Assembly (NCBI RefSeq): GCF_964355755.1
Contig: NC_092676.1
Coordinates: forward strand, 3,759,888 to 3,823,887
DNA: 64,000 nucleotides
From: Antedon mediterranea
Lineage: Eukaryota; Animalia; Echinodermata
Direction of reading: 5' to 3'
Part shown: piece after piece, positions 15,001-25,300 of the stretch
Layout of the letters: each line of letters starts with the position of its first letter
How positions within the stretch are numbered: position 1 is the first letter of the stretch
Notes under the pieces: generated by a model
Seen by the model: only the letters and a program-made list of their open reading frames with translations
Told to the model about the DNA's origin: nothing
Databases searched by the model: none
Made by a program: the position numbers and the translations under genes

Positions 15001-18000
15001 ATGTGATCTACGCATGATGTCAAAAACGCTTTTAGTTATATCTTCAAAACCGAAAATCAAAAAGGCTAAACAATTTCAAGTTACAAGAATCGTACCATGC
15101 CCTCTCAGTTCAGTAAATTTGTGTTAAACACAACCATTCTTGTATGTATTTTAACCTGAGTCAAAGTTCCGAAATTATCTGTGTTTAGAGTTTTTTTGTC
15201 TTTCTTTTATTTACCCAAAAATAAACATAAACATTGTAAACATAAATAACACATAATACAGTATTTCAAAGGAAGGGCTAAAAAATACTCAGAACTAATC
15301 AAGTTCAAGTTTTTAGAACAAGTTATCAATTTGTCCAATTTTACACACACAATAAGATTATTAGTATGCCTACTATTATATATATTTTTTTTAATTCCAA
15401 ATTTAGAATGTTCTATACACTGAAATGTGTGGTTTACAATACACAATGGGCGTCTTAAGAGCTTATACTGAAGAGTTATTTCTACAAAATTCATAATAAT
15501 TTGTTGCAGATGTCATGTTTGATGATTCATGGTGGTCAAACAATTGCTGTTATAGTTAATTAGTCAACAGGATACTCCTTTTATAAAACTGATAATAATC
15601 AGGTTTTTGAGTGGATGTGTCAATTGATGGGTGCCATGCTTCACCTCATCATGTGATTGAAATTGGCATAGCGCTGAAATTTTATTTCTGTGACCCAATT
15701 GTGATCCAAAATTACTGCCACTCGATGACTAGATAAAGTTCTGTTGGAATTTCGAAACCAAATATGTTTTTAATTAGATTAAAATTATTATATGTTCTGT
15801 CAATAATTAGTTTGTCTTGGTGATGACATTCTATTTCATCACCAATTAAACTTCTGTATTTGGATTGTTTTGTTAGAATTCTGTTAAAATATTGACAATG
15901 GTTTGGGAGTGTTCTGTTGAACTTCTGTTAACATATTGGGAATCTTCTGTTGAACTTCTGTTAACATATTGGAATATTCTGTTTAATTTCTGTTAACATA
16001 TTGGGAATGGTCTGTTGAACTTCTTTTAACATATTGGGAAGTTCTGTTGGTTGAACTGCTGTTAACATTGAGAATGTTCTGTTGAACTTCTGTTAACATA
16101 ATTTGAATGTTCTTTTGAACTTCTGTTAACATATTGAAATGTTATATTGAACTTCTGTTAACATTATTGGGAATGTTCTGTTGAACTTCTGTTAACATAA
16201 TTGGAATGTTCTGTTGAACTTCTGTTAACACTATCTGGAATGTTATACTGTATTGAACTTCTGTTAACATTATTGAGAATGTTCTGTTGAACTTCTGTTA
16301 ACATATTGGGAATGTTATTTTGAACTTCTGTGAACATTGAGAATGTTGTGGTGAACTTTTGTTAACATATTGGGAATGTTCTGTTGAACTTCTGTTAACA
16401 TTGAGAATGTTGTGGTGAACTTTTGTTAACATATTGGGAATGTTCTGTTGAACTGCTGTTAACATTGAGAATGTTGTGGTGAACTTTTGTTAACATAGTT
16501 GGGAGTGTTCTGTTGAACTTCTGTTAACATATTGGAATTTTCTGTTGAACTTCTGTAACATTATTGGGAATGTTCTGTTGAACTTCTGTAACATATTGGG
16601 AATGTTCTGTTGAACTTCTGTTAACATATTGAGAATGTTATGTGGAACTTCTGTTAACATATTGAGAATGTTCTGTTGAACTTCTGTTAACATATTGGGA
16701 ATGTTCTGTTGAACTTCTGTTAACATTGAGAATGTTCTCTTGAACTTTTGTTAACCTATTTGGGAATGTTACGTTGAACTTCTGTTAAAATATTTGGAAT
16801 GTTCTGTTGAACTTCTGTTAACATTATTGGGAATGTTCTGTTGAACTTCTGTTAACATATTGAGAATGTTGTGTTGAACTTCTGTTAACATATTGGGAAT
16901 GTTCTGTTGAACTGCTGTTAACATTGAGAATGTTTTGGTGAACTTTTGTTAACATATTTGGGAATGTTATGTTCAACTTCTGTTAACATTGAGAATGTTG
17001 TGGTGAACTTTTGTTAACATATTTGGGAATGTTATGTTGAACTTCTGTTAAAATATTTGGAATGTTCTCTTGAACTTCTGGGAATGTTCTGTTGTGCGTA
17101 GTAGAGCAGGAGACAAAGCTAATTACAAACTTTCTTCACTTCTCCGCGCCACTTAAATGTTTCGTTCAAAAGACAACCTTGAAAGTCTCGAGTAATTGTC
17201 TTCTAGAGTAATCGTCTTGCTGGATGATTTCATTTGCGCATAATCAAAACTTTGAGACATTTCTACCTTACATACTTCCCTCTCAGTTGAGTAATCACAT
17301 GGCGTATGGTAAACCTTATTTAGTCGTGCTTCCTAGTAGAATAAAAACAATTTAGAAAATTGTTATCGAACATTGTCAAATTATTATCCTTCTAATCCTT
17401 ATAAGTAAATGTGTCAAAAACATACCGCTATTTTTCATCATGACATCATTTCCATAATCTTTTTGTCCTTTATGCTTTTTTTGCTTACTAACTCATTTCC
17501 TTAATTTACTTCTAATTAATTAAATTAATCAATTTAATTTAATTAATTGATATTTACTAATACCTCTTAAATCATTACTGTTCTCATCCTCTATGTAACT
17601 ACTTAATTAGAGCAGTAATTAGCACTAACTCGTTAGCTGATGTTCACATGCTTTTTTTGTCTATTGTATGCCCTCTTCTTATTTCCATACTTTATATCAT
17701 TCAGTTGTATTATAAACACACACAATAACTTTATTTTGTCTTTTGTTGTCGTAAGTTCTTTTTCAGTTCAAATGCAGTAGAACCGCTCTTTAAGAACACC
17801 TATAGGGGCCCAACAAAGTGTTCCCTTAATTATTATTCTTTATTTGGTCCAATATAAAAAAATGCATCACAAATTCCTCTTATATACACTGCAGAGATAG
17901 TAACAAATATTCATACAAAATACAAATCAATATAAAATCACATATAAAATATCAAAAAGTCTACGATCCAGGTGTTCTCTCCATGAGTTAGCGTTGGACA

Positions 18001-19995
18001 AGTTTGTTATAGGTGACAATAGACTCTGGGACAAATGATTTATTATAGCGTTTAGTACAGGGGGTGGTCTGTTTGGAAGATTATACGATTTAGTACAGCT
18101 TCGAGGCAGACGGATACGAATATTAGATGGAAGAAAAGTGTATTTCTTATGGAGGGGGTGGTCTGTTTGGGGGAGTATACGTTTTACCAAGGAGAGAACA
18201 CCTGCATCATAGATAGAGGTTGTCACCTGAATATGGGTTTGCCATAGTGAAAACAATATATTGTCTCTTTTTCAATCATTTACAAATGCCGAGTAGCGGT
18301 GTCCTAAAAAGAGGTGTGTCCCAAAGGAGGGGTTTTACTTTATTGTTTGTTTATTTCTGTTTTTATCTTTTAATTTATGCACAAGTTCAGACCATCTGAA
18401 ATGACGGAGGGATTAAAGAATATATAGAAAAACATTTACCATCCAAATTCCATATCACCATTATGGGTGTGAAATGAAATGGGGTTAAATTTTAAATTGT
18501 GACAGGTATGAGAGTGTTATGGTTGGTCTTATTTATAGCCAAGGAAAACATGTCTTATACCCAGTTGGATAATTTTGTATACAAATTATTAAAGATGTAT
18601 TGTCCCCCAAAATGAAAAATTAAGTTTAATTAAATCAGACTTTGAATAGGTTATTTTTAAATTTTAATAAGGTTAGTCACTTCCGTAAAAAAAAAAATGG
18701 AAAAAGAAATACTGATTTCATTTAAAATGACAAAATAAATGATAAAATCAACAGAAAATGGCAGCCAATTTGACTATTTTTTGCTTTAAATTACATTTTT
18801 TCAGGTAAATACTGTTTTTTCAATCCAATTTTTGGTCAAAGTGGATTACTATTAAGTGACATGAAAATTGCATATTAAAAAAAAGGAAAATTTTTTTTGG
18901 GGGGGGGATAATACATCTTTAAGTATTTTAGGGTGTGCCTATAATACTGTACATATTATATTTTATTATTTAAAGGGATATGGCTGGTATATCTGCACCT
19001 CTATGCACACCTGTCTCTGTACTCTACTACTTGTATCATTACTATTGTGTATCTTTCTTTTTATAGCTTCTATTGCACAATCGAAACAGGACATTATTCT
19101 TCCGATACCAGTTAAAGCCAAGAAACCGTCTAATATTCCAATTCCAAGAAGAGGTGAATTTATATCCCAACTTTAAGATAATGTTTAAAGTAGTTTTTTA
19201 CCTTTCCCAACCATTCCATGTACTCTCCGACCGCCTCTCCCCCCTCCCCTCCTCTCCCACAACCACCACACCCTATGTTTACCTTTTCACTTTATTATGT
19301 TATATCAATTTCTTTTAATACTATGTAATCTAAATCTAATCTAATTTACTACTATTGATATAACATGAATTAACTTTCATCCTAATTATAACTTTGACTT
19401 TATCAATTATGTGTTGCTAATAGTCAAATCATGACTGAACCCCTTTTTAAAAATGAACTTTTATTATTAGATGATAGTTTTTTCTTAATAAACATCCATT
19501 TAAAAATAATGATACTATCAATCATTGTTTGCTATCAAATATAAATAAATTTAAATATAAATCATTTTTGTAGGATGGAAAAAAAAAAGTTTAACCTATA
19601 TGGTTACAAATTCATAGTTTTTGCAAAAATATTGTTCAAATGATAAAAAAATATCATTTGCAGTATTTTTGTTGTAAGGTGGCCTGGGCGCGATATTTCT
19701 TTTCATACATAAGTTGGGGACCCCTCGTGAAAAAAAAAAATCGCGGCCTGGGCCCCCTAAAATTTGGAATCACGATGCACAAAAGATAGGACATTAGATT
19801 CACTGCTCAGTTCTACATATAATTTGCATGTCCCCCATCTCCCCTATTTCACAATCCCGACTCTAGTTCCTATTACATAAATAGTTATGCATTTCTTTAT
19901 TTTTTTCAACAGGGAACAAATCAGATGACCATCCACCGATCCCAACTGGACGTCGGTCACCTCGACCATCAAAGACTAAAATAACAAAGAAATAA
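24..19995 (+). CDS. KIF25: Kinesin-14 family KIF25-like motor protein (5' end lies outside the window; spliced)
   Basis: Phase-consistent GT-AG exons: 24-127, 1429-1560, 1709-1776, 2203-2277, 4252-4404, 4624-4788, 5059-5261, 5349-5654, 6325-6474, 8839-8910, 19067-19153, 19913-19995 (TAA). Motifs: kinesin-14 neck [21 protein letters not shown]-loop [10 protein letters not shown], switch I HAHSSRSH, switch [11 protein letters not shown] (KIF25-type variants), [10 protein letters not shown]. The last three exons are less certain. Confidence 0.9.
172..569. mobile_element. Palindromic MITE (PIF/Harbinger-like)
   Basis: AGGCCCATTTACA...TGTAAATGGGCCT termini, inverted symmetry over nearly the whole 400 bp, TAA/TTA flanks. 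Confidence 0.8.
572..868 (-). mobile_element. tRNA-derived SINE family A
   Basis: Minus-strand A-box TGGCCGAG and B-box-like GGTTTGAGGC; body shared with copies at 14612, 36252 and 40285. Confidence 0.8.
1935..2146 (-). mobile_element. tRNA-derived SINE family B
   Basis: Minus-strand head with B-box GGTTCAAGTCC. The body AGACAAACATATACACAAGATGCTCTACATAAACAAAGTCTTATT recurs at about 22985, 25780, 27530 and 57912, and the head at 34550. Confidence 0.75.
2294..3885 (-). mobile_element. Non-autonomous Helentron-type (HINE/DINE-1-like) element
   Basis: One end is the palindrome AGTTATCCGCT-ACTA-AGCGGATAACT (3857-3882). The other end has the matching subterminal repeat TAGTTATCCGCT (2325-2336), a stem-loop ACTCGTCA-CTT-TGACGAGT (2306-2324) and a terminal CTAG. 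There is an internal duplication with about 360-bp spacing. Confidence 0.75.
5709..5874. mobile_element. Short MITE family C (TIR AGCTCTGTCTACACTATCAAAC; Harbinger-like)
   Basis: 22-bp TIRs with internal ATATCACTACCATATTTGGG repeats. Other copies at about 20040-20195, 23754-23919, 31227-31372, 33904-34010, 40873-41043 and 44664-44806. Confidence 0.8.
8037..8426. mobile_element. MITE, hAT-like TIRs
   Basis: ACACCTGCCAACTTT...AAAGTTGGCAGGTAT with AAATGT on both flanks; repeated subterminal TCTCACGCAT. Confidence 0.65.
9619..10030. mobile_element. Palindromic MITE at a TTAA site (Kolobok-like)
   Basis: AGGACAATTTGACCGAGGACCATATTTT...AAAATATGGTCCTCGGTCAAGTTGTC with long inverted arms. Confidence 0.78.
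10816..12984 (-). CDS. Ig-superfamily type I membrane receptor with intronless ORF (signal peptide, 3 Ig-like domains, TM, tyrosine-motif-rich tail), nested in a kinesin intron
   Basis: 722-aa ORF with Kozak-like TTCACCATG and a hydrophobic N-terminal signal. Ig motifs: ITIQC..VKWMK; [17 protein letters not shown]; [45 protein letters not shown] followed by stop-transfer [14 protein letters not shown] on the minus strand near 10730. Confidence 0.9.
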   Translation of the reverse strand: MFTWPKVLIYKVIFAFVMLQCHTIANVVFITTPAKTISAFPDESITIQCIISGLTEEHVVKWMKGADNDIISRNKLITEDFKNYFTISQERNNYSLVFKAPVDYEYLEFYLNVFDKNDAKVLYSSTKVSIAWTFSEPKCARLNEGASLSEGETMRILCQLSQSESGIDFTWRRDDVIVSPGRYVFNLYTFMINRSDHNAKFVCNATKQSTGETRSCYVDKLAVNYAPTVQLRHTSMLSYECKVDARPSAIPTWIVDPLIPISSYIIQDYSTFLITVPDTVSTGSALSCIASNSVGVGNDMIVITKNDPTTVKPTYSADGRQTVPYENKSDVESTKFAMILGLLFGGIGFILVTSLFTFGCCKRRKNKKKTSEIRYAVTCSVVTDDTTNIEQIELGTQEHRVSLYQNVTTTETNARLTNSNSIVAVNARYNGHKAAAPIANKPKASTGYANIVLNVDKQDVISKPNAKPPQVKSVRNTIHAATEEHITAMLDVKQPSVITYASVVPRSKRGDKENKTKSIHSDFCLSLEMTDKPSAEKMKDLRLGYAKVIPKSKRNPDMSTNSKDNKTENNMVDEIKGLSVNKIENSRFGYTNVFPVSDRKVKETKRASFDFVIDDKASKLKINDNKTNNGYTAVVPKSQRTANENQANDYEPTTDYRISYANIDFTNVKSNGKYNKTSNASRVSYADIDFSKGSMRQNRQSYASVVPKSQRNDERKSSSLDK
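14612..14864 (-). mobile_element. tRNA-derived SINE family A
   Basis: Shares the AAGATGTACTAGG..TTTAAAGTGCAC..GTGTACACTGGACCTAC core; ATT-repeat tail. Confidence 0.75.
15870..17095. repeat. Minisatellite, about 33-bp unit
   Basis: More than 30 copies of GAATGTTCTGTTGAACTTCTGTTAACATATTGG. Confidence 0.95.
17900..18260 (-). mobile_element. 3' fragment of a non-LTR retrotransposon ORF2 (L2/Rex-Babar/CR1 group)
   Basis: The translation [33 protein letters not shown] resembles the HPL..LPSG.R.R C-terminal motif of these LINEs. Confidence 0.55.
18593..18918. mobile_element. Kolobok-like MITE (AGATGTATTGTCCC TIR, TTAA TSD)
   Basis: TTAA on both flanks; related pieces at about 39730-40034 and 46986-47200. 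Confidence 0.72.
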
Positions 19996-20039
19996 CTCTA
20001 TACTTCATAAAAGAGCTAAATTATTGCAATAAAGTAAAG

Positions 20040-20195
20040 ATCTGTCTACACTATCAAACTAGTTTGACAAAAAGTTGTGATGTGCCCAAATATGGTAGTG
20101 ATATAGCCAACTATGGTAGTGATATGACATAATCATATCTATATGGGCACATCACATTTTTTTGTCACATACAGTTTGATAGTGTAGACAGAGCT
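20040..20195. mobile_element. MITE family C
   Basis: TCTGTCTACACTATCAAAC...GTTTGATAGTGTAGACAGAGCT, just after the kinesin stop codon. Confidence 0.75.
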
Positions 20196-20432
20196 TAAAG
20201 TTTAAATTGTATGGTACATGTAGGTGCTAGATTGTTTAGATTTTTCTTTCCTTTTTCCTGTTTTTTTTACACAGATTGACCATATTTGGTATTTTGATTA
20301 ATAGGAGTACAATAGAAGGCTTATTGTATCCATATATGCTCTGTCTCTAATAATAAATATGTGTATTTATATTATATATCAAAGACTGTGTTGTCAAAAT
20401 AGTTTTAGTCATATAAGATATAAAAGTCTTAA

Positions 20433-20978
20433 AGATGTATTGTCCCTTGAAACACAAAAAAATGATGGTCAAAATATTCTAAATTTAAATTGGCCATATC
20501 AAAGTAATATTAAAGTTATTCACTTTAAGTCGAAAATTCGAGCCAAAACAACAAGTTTACGTAAATAACAGGTAAATTAGTTTGATAACATTTCGTCTGG
20601 AAAATTGTCGCGAGCGAAAGTAAACAAAGATTTCAAACCACGAGTACGCATATTGCATATGCTAATTAGGATTATTTACAACTCGTCACAGTTGAGAAGG
20701 TATTTTCACACAGATCGTAAAGAAGTTTTATGAAATATGCATACAGAGTAGCGAAACAAGCGCGTTTCATTATGGGATATGTTTTGATGGAAAACTTTGA
20801 CTGGAAGTCAAAGTTATTTTTTAGACAAAAAAACGTCTGTATTTTAGTTAAATGATTTTTTTTTCGACAAATTTTTGGTGATAGTTAATAACTATTATGA
20901 TACTTCAAAATGACCCACCTTTTTTCGAAATCTTTTATTTTTTATTTTTTTGGGATTAGTCAAAGGGACAATACATCT
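20433..20978. mobile_element. Kolobok-like MITE (same TIR, different interior)
   Basis: TTAA-AGATGTATTGTCCCTTGA...TCAAAGGGACAATACATCT-TTAA. Confidence 0.78.
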
Positions 20979-21469
20979 TTAACAAATTCAAGAGAGTATA
21001 TGAAGTAGCCAAAACAACTAGTGGAACACTGTATTGGTCCGAAAATGGTCCCTTAACATAATTCAATACCAAAGATATTGATATCTGCTTGATTTGGTGC
21101 TATTCTATGTATTTCTAAAATTAAATGGTTTTACTGTGATAATTTCACCTTGATTTTACACTTGTGTGTATATGTCTATGTATGTTTTACAATAAAACTT
21201 AAAATAATATAAATCTTCACTTGTATTTATTTCTATATTTTTGATGTGATTGGTTTTATAATTAAAAAAGATAAACAACTTTATGATTTTTAATTTTATT
21301 CAAATTTTATGATGATGTTGCTTTTGTATAAAAAAAATAAGGTCTTGTTAGAACACTACGTTAAATGTGCTTCTGCATATCGTATGGCTAGAACGATAAT
21401 TTTTATAATTGCAATATTTCCTGTCTGTAAAAAAAAAAAAAAAAATGTTACTGCGTATACCATTTGAGC

Positions 21470-21630
21470 GTGTTGGTAACGCGTATCGGAAGTGCGTAAC
21501 GGAAGTGCGTGTTGCGTCAATCGCGCATATATCTGACCTGTAAACTGCTATGAGTCGGATGTCGGCGGCAAAAACGTGTTTAACTTTTTAATGCGAATGG
21601 AGTGTGGTGTTGAGGGAGAGGTAAATGAAG
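21470..21630 (+). promoter_or_regulatory. Putative chimaerin upstream promoter and possible further first exon
   Basis: Tandem ETS/GABP-type CGGAAGTG at 21487 and 21500 plus TTGCGTCA in a CpG-rich patch. Followed by ATG at 21591 and candidate donors at 21620 and 21630. Confidence 0.5.
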
Positions 21631-22384
21631 GTGTTTAAAAATGTTTGCAAATAATTAAAACGTTTTGAATTGTTGGCAAAATTATACTACAAATATTATA
21701 CTATGTTTATATGTTACGTTGCCTAAGTATCGGAATTCCCCTGTTGTCATCTTTTATAATCCATTACCGGCCTCTTGAACTTGAGCCAAATGACGTTATG
21801 CCTGATTCTTGGAATGGCACTATAGTTATTGTTTAAAGCGTATAGTTTTTGATTTCGTATACACATTACACAGTATTACACATGCATATACTACTAATAA
21901 TATTACTAATGGTGGTTACTTTAATGCGTATATCGTAGAAAAGATGAAGGTTAGAAGAGTCGAACCGTCTTTTCTATGCCTACCAAATAAAATTAGAAAC
22001 GACCCTTGCGGCCATGTCTTTGTTTTTCCTAATTGTAGGAAAAATTGTATTTATGATAAATGAGCTCATTTGTCCGTGATATAGCCAAAGCAATTTATTA
22101 AACTTCTAAAATACCGGCACAAAAACCGATAATACGGTACCATTTTTTTTAATCGAACACGAAACTTTTCACACTAAAAAGTTTTAGATCTTTCTTTTAT
22201 TTTTGTTCTTTGGCGCCCTCTACATGAATGCAGTTTCCAAAACATAGTGTAGAGCAAATAAACCGGAAACATTTTCAACAGTACAAAGAGATAGGTCATG
22301 CGGAAGAAAACATTTTTGGGACTCCGTTCAGAAATATAAAAACAAATCAAAAACGGCTGACAGATACAAAAACAGAAATAAAAT

Positions 22385-25300
22385 ATGGCCAATATGAATG
22401 CATACATAGAGAATCGTAAGTAATTTCATAACGTACATTTCTAAGCCCATCTGCTAGGCTAGTCTGGTTAGGTACGTATCGTACACAGTAGGTATGGTCG
22501 TGTTGTCTTCAGATGTGTGTGAGCATATAGAGATATATTGTACTACAGTATTATGAATTGCTCTATGTTATGGTGTTAGAACGTAAAACTGAATCTATTT
22601 AGACAGGCGTCGACTACGGAAACAGCAGTGTAGGCATGTGTTTTTGTATTATATTTTGTGCAACGACATTTCTTTGTTAACTGCGAACCATTTACAGATT
22701 TTTCTTCATTGAATTGAAAAATATAAAATAACGGTATGGAATATTTATTCCTCCCCCACAACAAAACAATTTTTTATCGGGAAGGTGAGAGGTGTGGTTT
22801 CAGATGTCTGTCTGTACACTCTTTTGTTTATTTAAATAATATTATTTCTGTTTATTTTTAGGTGGTAGTAATGACGACCCAGAACCAACAATGTGGAAGT
22901 CGTATTGTAAGTATTTTAACCTAAAAATGATCGCAAATTTGGCCTGGATTTTTTTTTTATTTTTATATAGTAAAATCACCAGTGATATAACCATAAACAA
23001 ATTAATTCAATATCCTTAAAGGCGGCAATCCAAACATATAAACAAGATGCTTAGACATAAAACAAAGTCTAAAACAAGTCCTTGTGGAGTTATACTTTTT
23101 TGTATTGAAAAAAATTCCTGACATATATATATATATATATATAGTACATTGTCTCTGTCGACTATTCCAAATTATATATAACACCTAACTAAATTTCTGT
23201 CCTTTGATTTGACGATTGTGGGTCACATGGCATAGTACGCACTATTGAACGAGTAACCAAGCATCTTACCCACCAAGCTGTATATAGCAGATTGTCTCTG
23301 TCGACTGTTCCAAATTAGACAAAGTCTGTTCAGATGGGTCATAAAACACATATATGCCACCAACTTTAAAAAATTCTCTCTAGCTGATGATATCAGTGAA
23401 TTGATGTGCCCATATACGGTCTTTTTTAAACAAATGATGTGGTACTCTCACAGATGATCATCTTTCCAATAAAATCACATTATTTGTCGCTGCTCTTTAA
23501 AGTAGCCAATTCGTCTTTGTTTCTATTTCTGTATAACTTCAGTTTCTATAAGCAAAAAAAAAAAAAAAAAAAACTGTTGATCACCAGCACAGAAACCGAA
23601 ACTAAAAACAAAGATTAATCAAGTATATTGTAGTTATCTTATTTCAATGCATCTTTTATACCTATCATTAAATCTTAATTTAACCACAACTTCAATTTCA
23701 CTTTGCTTCTCACAGATTTAGTTTAGATACCAGATTTCATAAATTGTGTTAAAAGCTTTGTCCACACTATCAAACTTTATGTGACACAAAAATGTGATCT
23801 CCCCATAATGGACATGATGATGTCATATCACTACCATATTTAAGCATATCACTACCATATTTGGGCATATCACTATATCATTATTTTTTTCAAACTAATT
23901 TGATAGTGTAGACAGAGCTTTAAATTAAAGTTGACACACTGTGAAAGACTACAGATGTGTATTTTATATCTGTTATTTCTCCTGAGGTTATCCATCAGGA
24001 AACCGTTGCCTCATTGGGATGGATCAGATAGGCTCACTAATCTCCGGAAACTAACCATTAAAAGAACAATAGCCTAGTTACTCTTTTAATATCAAATTAT
24101 TTACATGGCAGGTTCATTGGGGATTCCTAGAATAATATAAACAGTATTTCTTTCAGATATAATACCAAATATGAATAAAAAATCTTGATAAAATACAGAA
24201 TTTAAAATGTACTATATAAACGCAAGTATAAGACATGTATACAGTCTGACATATTGGTATGCTATTTGCTTTTTACAATATGGCCAAACATTGTACATGA
24301 GGACACACTATTTGGAGGAAACTTTGTTGTGGACCAAACAAGGCAAAATTTATGTTTTAACACTAAAGATCGACTCCTGAAACGAACAAATATATATGTT
24401 AACAGTACGGTCTACTACCCCTACTTTAGTGGACACCCATATTCAGAGGACCTTTCCTTTGGAACAAACAAGGCGAAATATGTTTTAAACCTTACATAGT
24501 GGACACTTATATGAAGAGGACACTTTCCTTTGAAACGAACCATATGTTAACACACTGCTGTCTACCCATACTTTAGTGGACACTCATGATATTAAGGAGA
24601 CTCACAGAACAAAATATATATGTTAACACTACGGTCAACCCCCAATTTAGTGGACACTCATGATATTAAGGGGACACGTTCCTTTGAAACGAACAATATG
24701 TAACGCACTGCTGTCTACCCGTTCTTTTTAGTGGACACTCATGATATTTGGGGATCGTTAGGACCAATGGTGTTACCCTTTTTAATAGGAATTCTTGTGT
24801 ATAATTTATAATAAAAATTAATGATGTAAATATTTTAGTTATATCAGATTATTGGTAAAAATTATAATACACATTGAAATATGCGCACTTTGACAAATTA
24901 AGAGTGCTTTTCGGACCCTTGTATTGTATCTAAGTAGATTTTAAAAGTTTTGAGTTACAGGAAAACTCTGTTTAACAGGCTCTAATGGGAATGATAGTGT
25001 GTAAGTGTTACTTACTTCATTACAAAACTAGGAAATGTTTTGTAGACAATACAAGGAAATAAAGTCTGGCGTTTTGAGTTTTGAAAAATAAGAACAGTCA
25101 ATGGCAATATCCTGCAGTGATTAGGGATTTGTGTGCAATCAAGCGTGGCGTAATTATTACAGTAAATTGTTATTATTATTATTATAACCTTTTTTCTATT
25201 TAATTATTTGAGATTATGTGCAATATTTGTATGTGGAATAATTATAATATGAAATTGTTGGATTTATTAATAGTCATAGTATCTTTATTTGTCAATTAAA

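Noticed and set aside
14870-15110. Possible second Helentron-type start (TTATTACCTACGTCAAGGAGGTTATG)
   Set aside because: No convincing matching 3' subterminal repeat or hairpin; too degraded to call.
16490-16726. Repetitive [12 protein letters not shown]
   Set aside because: Product of the 33-bp minisatellite.
15870-17095. CRISPR-like regular repeats
   Set aside because: No unique spacers or cas genes; eukaryotic context.
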